Origin: Podarcis pityusensis
Taxonomy: Eukaryota
Strand: one strand, 5' to 3'
Assembly: GCA_964106645.2 (NCBI GenBank)
Contig: CAXKZF020000230.1
Length of the DNA: 64,000 nucleotides
The notes below the pieces were generated by a model. That model was not told where the DNA came from and ran no database searches. It saw only the letters and a program-made list of their open reading frames with translations. Below, piece after piece: positions 60,703-64,000 of the stretch (positions within the stretch are counted from its first letter, which is position 1; each line of letters begins with the position of its first letter). The translations under genes were made by a program, and so were the position numbers.

Positions 60703-61837
60703 GCATGACCTCCTCTCCTGTAGAGCGAACGACCAGCCGCATCTGCTCATCCGGCGCGTTCGAGTAGATGTTGTGCTCCACGACCTTCAGAATCGCTCTT
60801 GGGTAACGGTCTTCGACAGCGGCGATGGCCAGCTCGAGCCGTTCTTTCTTGGGCCAAAGGCTTCCCTGAATGGCAGGCAGGGATAGGCCGCCGAGTTCGA
60901 GGGTCAACCTGTCGATGCCGAGGGGCTGGGCCTTAGTGTCCTCGAGGGTCAACAGCGCCAGGCGGTAGATCTCCTCGTGACGGTGTAGAAAACGCTTGGA
61001 CAAGCGCGACGCTTTGTGCTCGAGTCCTTGCGCGAGCGCATGGATGCTGAGTCTTGAGGCGACCTTTTTCCCCAGCTCGGCGGAAAGCTCTTTGGATAAC
61101 CGTTTCAGGACGGGCTCGATCTCGAAAGGTTCAAAGATCGCCTCTTCGAAGGACAGGCCGAGGGAGAGGCGCGGGGCCGGGGTGTAGCGCCCCAGGACCG
61201 TTCGGTAAGGCCCGAACAGGTAAGGCATCAGGTGCTTGCCCGGCTTGCCCAGGAACGCACTCGCCTGGGACTTGCTCCACTGCCGCAGTTGCCCAGCCCG
61301 GTTGATACCGAGCAAGCCGAACTTGGCTAGCAGCCGCTGACTGAGGCCGACGCCCCGTAAGAAGTAGAGGGGCAGCGCGTCGAGAATAGCAGCTTCGTTG
61401 TCTTTGCTGATGACCTTGACCCGGCCTGGAGACGAGATGAAGGCCGCCAAAGTGGCCACCTCGAGACTCTCAGCCATGCCTACCCTGATCTTGTAGCTCT
61501 CCGCGAGCTGCACCGCGTCGGGTAGCTCCAACTCCAGATAGACCCGCCCGATACTGGGAGCCTCGAGCGTCCTCGTGAGGCCCGACAGCTCTTCGACGAG
61601 CCTTTCCCAGCTCGCCGTGAGGTAGACACTCGAGGTCTCGACAACCTCCAGATCGGGTACTTTGGCGATCGCGCTGGGTAAGCTCGAGCCCGCTTTGATG
61701 CCCTGCGCCCTGGCCATCGCAGAAGCGTGCATGACCTTAGTCTTGCTCACCGCGACCAGCGGAATCTGGGCCAGACTCGGTTGCTCCCACTCCGCCAGCC
61801 AGAGGGAGAATGGTTCGTAGAGGGCGGCCACAATCAT
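60638..61837 (-). CDS. imuB: Y-family polymerase-like accessory protein (ImuB/ImuY)
   Basis: ARAQGIKAG..L.SA...P.L, LRGVG..LGI...GQL; DinB catalytic acidic motifs not evident. Confidence 0.85.
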   Translation of the reverse strand: MIVAALYEPFSLWLAEWEQPSLAQIPLVAVSKTKVMHASAMARAQGIKAGSSLPSAIAKVPDLEVVETSSVYLTASWERLVEELSGLTRTLEAPSIGRVYLELELPDAVQLAESYKIRVGMAESLEVATLAAFISSPGRVKVISKDNEAAILDALPLYFLRGVGLSQRLLAKFGLLGINRAGQLRQWSKSQASAFLGKPGKHLMPYLFGPYRTVLGRYTPAPRLSLGLSFEEAIFEPFEIEPVLKRLSKELSAELGKKVASRLSIHALAQGLEHKASRLSKRFLHRHEEIYRLALLTLEDTKAQPLGIDRLTLELGGLSLPAIQGSLWPKKERLELAIAAVEDRYPRAILKVVEHNIYSNAPDEQMRLVVRSTGEEVMRETHDDSGQHHRERERTPVRA

Positions 61838-61991
61838 CGCCGTTTCTGCGTTCTGGACGGCAGAAACACCCCGTTTATGCTAGAATACGAGTAGGGCAAG
61901 AGGCACCTCCAGTCAGTGTCTTTTCGCTCACGTTAGGGGCGCACGGTATCCCGCCAAAGATGAAGTGCGTCCCTGCCTTTTGGTCCTTTTC

Positions 61992-62600
61992 CTAATTCAC
62001 AGCGCTCCCCTCGAGCAAATCGGCCACCAGATCCCCGCGCAAGAGTCCGGAGTAAACGCCGTCCACGGCGATGCGGTCCACGTCCACCTCGAGGCTCGGG
62101 AAGTCGGGGTTGTGTGGTCGCAAGAGGATCGTGCCGTTAATGTAATGATCCAGATATTTAAGCGTCGCGTCGCTGTTATCCACCCTGACCGCGCAGACCT
62201 CACCACTCTTGTAGGCACGCTTTTGCAAGATGACCACGTCGCCATCCTGAATGGCGTCGGCCATCGAATTTCCTTCGACTCTAAGCCCAAACCTGTCGGG
62301 ATAGAAGGGGAGACGCAGGTAGCCCTCGGGGTACTCGAGCGCTTCGGCGAGCGATCCGGCACGGATGTAGCCGATAAGCGGAATGCCCGCGCGTCGCAGA
62401 CGGATGTTGGGCGTCTTGCCCCGGCCCCTACTCTCGACGCTCAGGTAGCCCTTGCGCTCGAGCGCCCGAAGATGCTCGCTTACTGTGACGACGTGAATCC
62501 CCAGCTCCCTGGCAAGCTCGCTCGGCTGGATGCCGCCGCGCTCTTCCTGCTTTTGGATGGCGGCCCAGAGACGGGCCTGCTGCCGGGTCAGGTCGCTCAC
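61992..62600 (-). CDS. lexA: LexA-family repressor
   Basis: LTRQQ winged helix, HLRALERKGY, Ala-Gly cleavage site (IRAG), catalytic Ser (GNSM) and Lys (TLKY). Confidence 0.93.
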   Translation of the reverse strand: MSDLTRQQARLWAAIQKQEERGGIQPSELARELGIHVVTVSEHLRALERKGYLSVESRGRGKTPNIRLRRAGIPLIGYIRAGSLAEALEYPEGYLRLPFYPDRFGLRVEGNSMADAIQDGDVVILQKRAYKSGEVCAVRVDNSDATLKYLDHYINGTILLRPHNPDFPSLEVDVDRIAVDGVYSGLLRGDLVADLLEGSAVN

Positions 62601-62610
62601 ACTTCTCCTT

Positions 62611-62633
62611 ATACCCTTAATATTTAAGGGTAT
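62611..62633. promoter_or_regulatory. Candidate LexA operator
   Basis: ATACCCTTAA-TAT-TTAAGGGTAT next to the lexA RBS. Confidence 0.7.
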
Positions 62634-62718
62634 CCCAAAGATAGGCTTTGGGGAGTGGGTATGTCAAGAGGATATTTGCCTCGCTTGAGGATACTGTGGG
62701 CGTTATTATTTTTCTTGG

Positions 62719-63639
62719 GTGAACTCATTTGCCTCTTCTACAGAAGATGAGCTGCAGCAGCTTAGGGAAGTCCTGCGCCTCCCGGGTTGTGTGGCATTTG
62801 TGGGTTCTGGACCATCAACAGGCAAAGGTAAATACAAATCATGGTCTGGGCTTGTGAGGGCGGTTTGTAAAAAGTGCGGATTAACTCTACATAAAAGGCA
62901 CTTGGAGCAGGGGCTTGATGCCGAAGTGCTCATGGCACTTGCTGAGACGGCAAAGCGCTTAGATCCCGAAAATTATCGCTTGGCGCTCGCCCACGAATAT
63001 GGCTCTCCCATAACAAAAGTTCCTGCTGTCTATAAAACCCTCTTCGACCTACCCTTCTACAGTTACGTTACTCTGAACTTCGACCCACTGTTAGGTCATA
63101 TCGCTAGCATCAAGGAAAAAACGATCTGTGCATACCCCGACCTTCCACCAGCCAGACTGGCGGAAAGTGCCTATTATCTTCACGGGAGAGTCGAAAAAAA
63201 TTGCGTTCCCCATCTTGATGCGCTTGTTTTGAGTACGAGCGAGTTTGATCGAGCCTATGAGGAAAAAAGTCGCCTCTACACCTTTCTGAGAGAGCTATTT
63301 TTGGAGCAGCCTGTGGTGTTTATTGGGTGTAGCCTAAAAGAGCCTCAGATAAGACAACTCTTCGCATTGACCAAGGACCTGGCTTTTGACCGAGAGGCTC
63401 GAACTGGCAACACACTACCAAGGCGGTTTATCTTGCTTCCTAATATCTACTATGATGCTGTGCAAATCGACAAAGGTCGCGAAAAGGAAGAAAACGCCGA
63501 CTATTTGAGTAGCGACATCACAGTCGTAAGATATCCCAATCCAGACGGCTCCTATTCGGGCTTGGGTAAAATGCTCGAGAGCCTCATTGATCCCATTATC
63601 CCTCGGCCGAGTCAATTCGGGGAACCCGAACTACGCTGA
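62719..63639 (+). CDS. SIR2-like (SIR2_2) domain protein
   Basis: FVGSGPS..W..L, VTLNFD, YLHG, VVFIGCSLKEP; lower GC. Confidence 0.88.
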   Translation: MNSFASSTEDELQQLREVLRLPGCVAFVGSGPSTGKGKYKSWSGLVRAVCKKCGLTLHKRHLEQGLDAEVLMALAETAKRLDPENYRLALAHEYGSPITKVPAVYKTLFDLPFYSYVTLNFDPLLGHIASIKEKTICAYPDLPPARLAESAYYLHGRVEKNCVPHLDALVLSTSEFDRAYEEKSRLYTFLRELFLEQPVVFIGCSLKEPQIRQLFALTKDLAFDREARTGNTLPRRFILLPNIYYDAVQIDKGREKEENADYLSSDITVVRYPNPDGSYSGLGKMLESLIDPIIPRPSQFGEPELR

Positions 63640-64000
63640 TGAGCAAACTCTTTTTTACCAAGCTGGACGAAATCGACGGCATTATCGACAAGAGACCTCA
63701 GAACTTGTCTGAGATGGCTGATTATCTTGCTGATGTGCAGCTGCGAACCTATTTCCTGGCAAGAATTGTTGGTAAGCAAAATCCAGACTGGTTAGACCAC
63801 CTCGTAGCTGCTGGGTTCTACACCTGGAGTGCTGATCAGGTTCAGGAGCCCAGGGTAATCCATCACCTCCTCCAGTACCTCTTAGGCATCGCCCTACAGC
63901 GTCCTGAAGCCGTTAGGGATGTCATCGACTCTCTTCCTAATAGTGTTGTGCTCCACGATTTGGCGGTTATCGCAGAGATCGCTCGAGCATTGCCTGCACC
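63639..64000 (+). CDS. Helical hypothetical protein, runs off the window end
   Basis: TGATG coupling; open to the window end: MSKLFFTKLDEIDG...YFL...NPDWLDHLVAAGFY...QYLLGIA. Confidence 0.75.
   Translation, partial: MSKLFFTKLDEIDGIIDKRPQNLSEMADYLADVQLRTYFLARIVGKQNPDWLDHLVAAGFYTWSADQVQEPRVIHHLLQYLLGIALQRPEAVRDVIDSLPNSVVLHDLAVIAEIARALPA

Noticed and set aside
61875-61891. Deinococcal RDRM/DdrO box upstream of imuB
   Set aside because: TTATGCTAGAATACGAG matches only the left half; it is not palindromic.

Overview
About 60% GC window that looks like a Deinococcota (Deinococcus/Truepera-like) megaplasmid or integrated conjugative element. Support comes from a two-OB-fold SSB, a lexA-imuB/imuY-dnaE2 cassette and several -10 boxes directly before start codons. 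From left to right: (1) 1-6.5 kb, an ABC/MOSC/GH4/kinase/NagB amino-sugar catabolic operon. (2) 6.5-25 kb, many degraded insertion sequences (IS701, IS6 x3, IS1, IS3 and a split IS701/IS4-like element) around PIN, HigBA and VapBC toxin-antitoxin modules, a TPP-riboswitch thiamine unit, TetR-controlled redox genes, and parA/parG and UvrD remnants. (3) 25.4-41.3 kb, a divergent T4SS-like cluster (VirB10-, VirB2-, VirB3-, VirB4-, VirB5-, VirB6-like genes, a lytic transglycosylase and a SpoIIIAA/Ycf45-type ATPase). It contains a TnpB-only IS605-family insertion whose empty site can be rebuilt exactly. (4) 41.5-48.6 kb, more IS debris around GntR-TauE and flippase genes. (5) 48.6-56 kb, a plasmid leading-region-like array of small genes (ssb, DUF4326, SLOG, paired paralogues) in which each intergenic gap from 48.8 to 51.8 kb carries a structurally conserved, sequence-variable hairpin. 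(6) Xre-RES toxin-antitoxin pair, the mutagenesis cassette, and a lower-GC SIR2 + helical-partner candidate defence operon running off the window end. Many genes have single-base frameshifts, so long-read errors cannot be told apart from real pseudogenes. All family calls come from recognising motifs by eye; no database searches were run.
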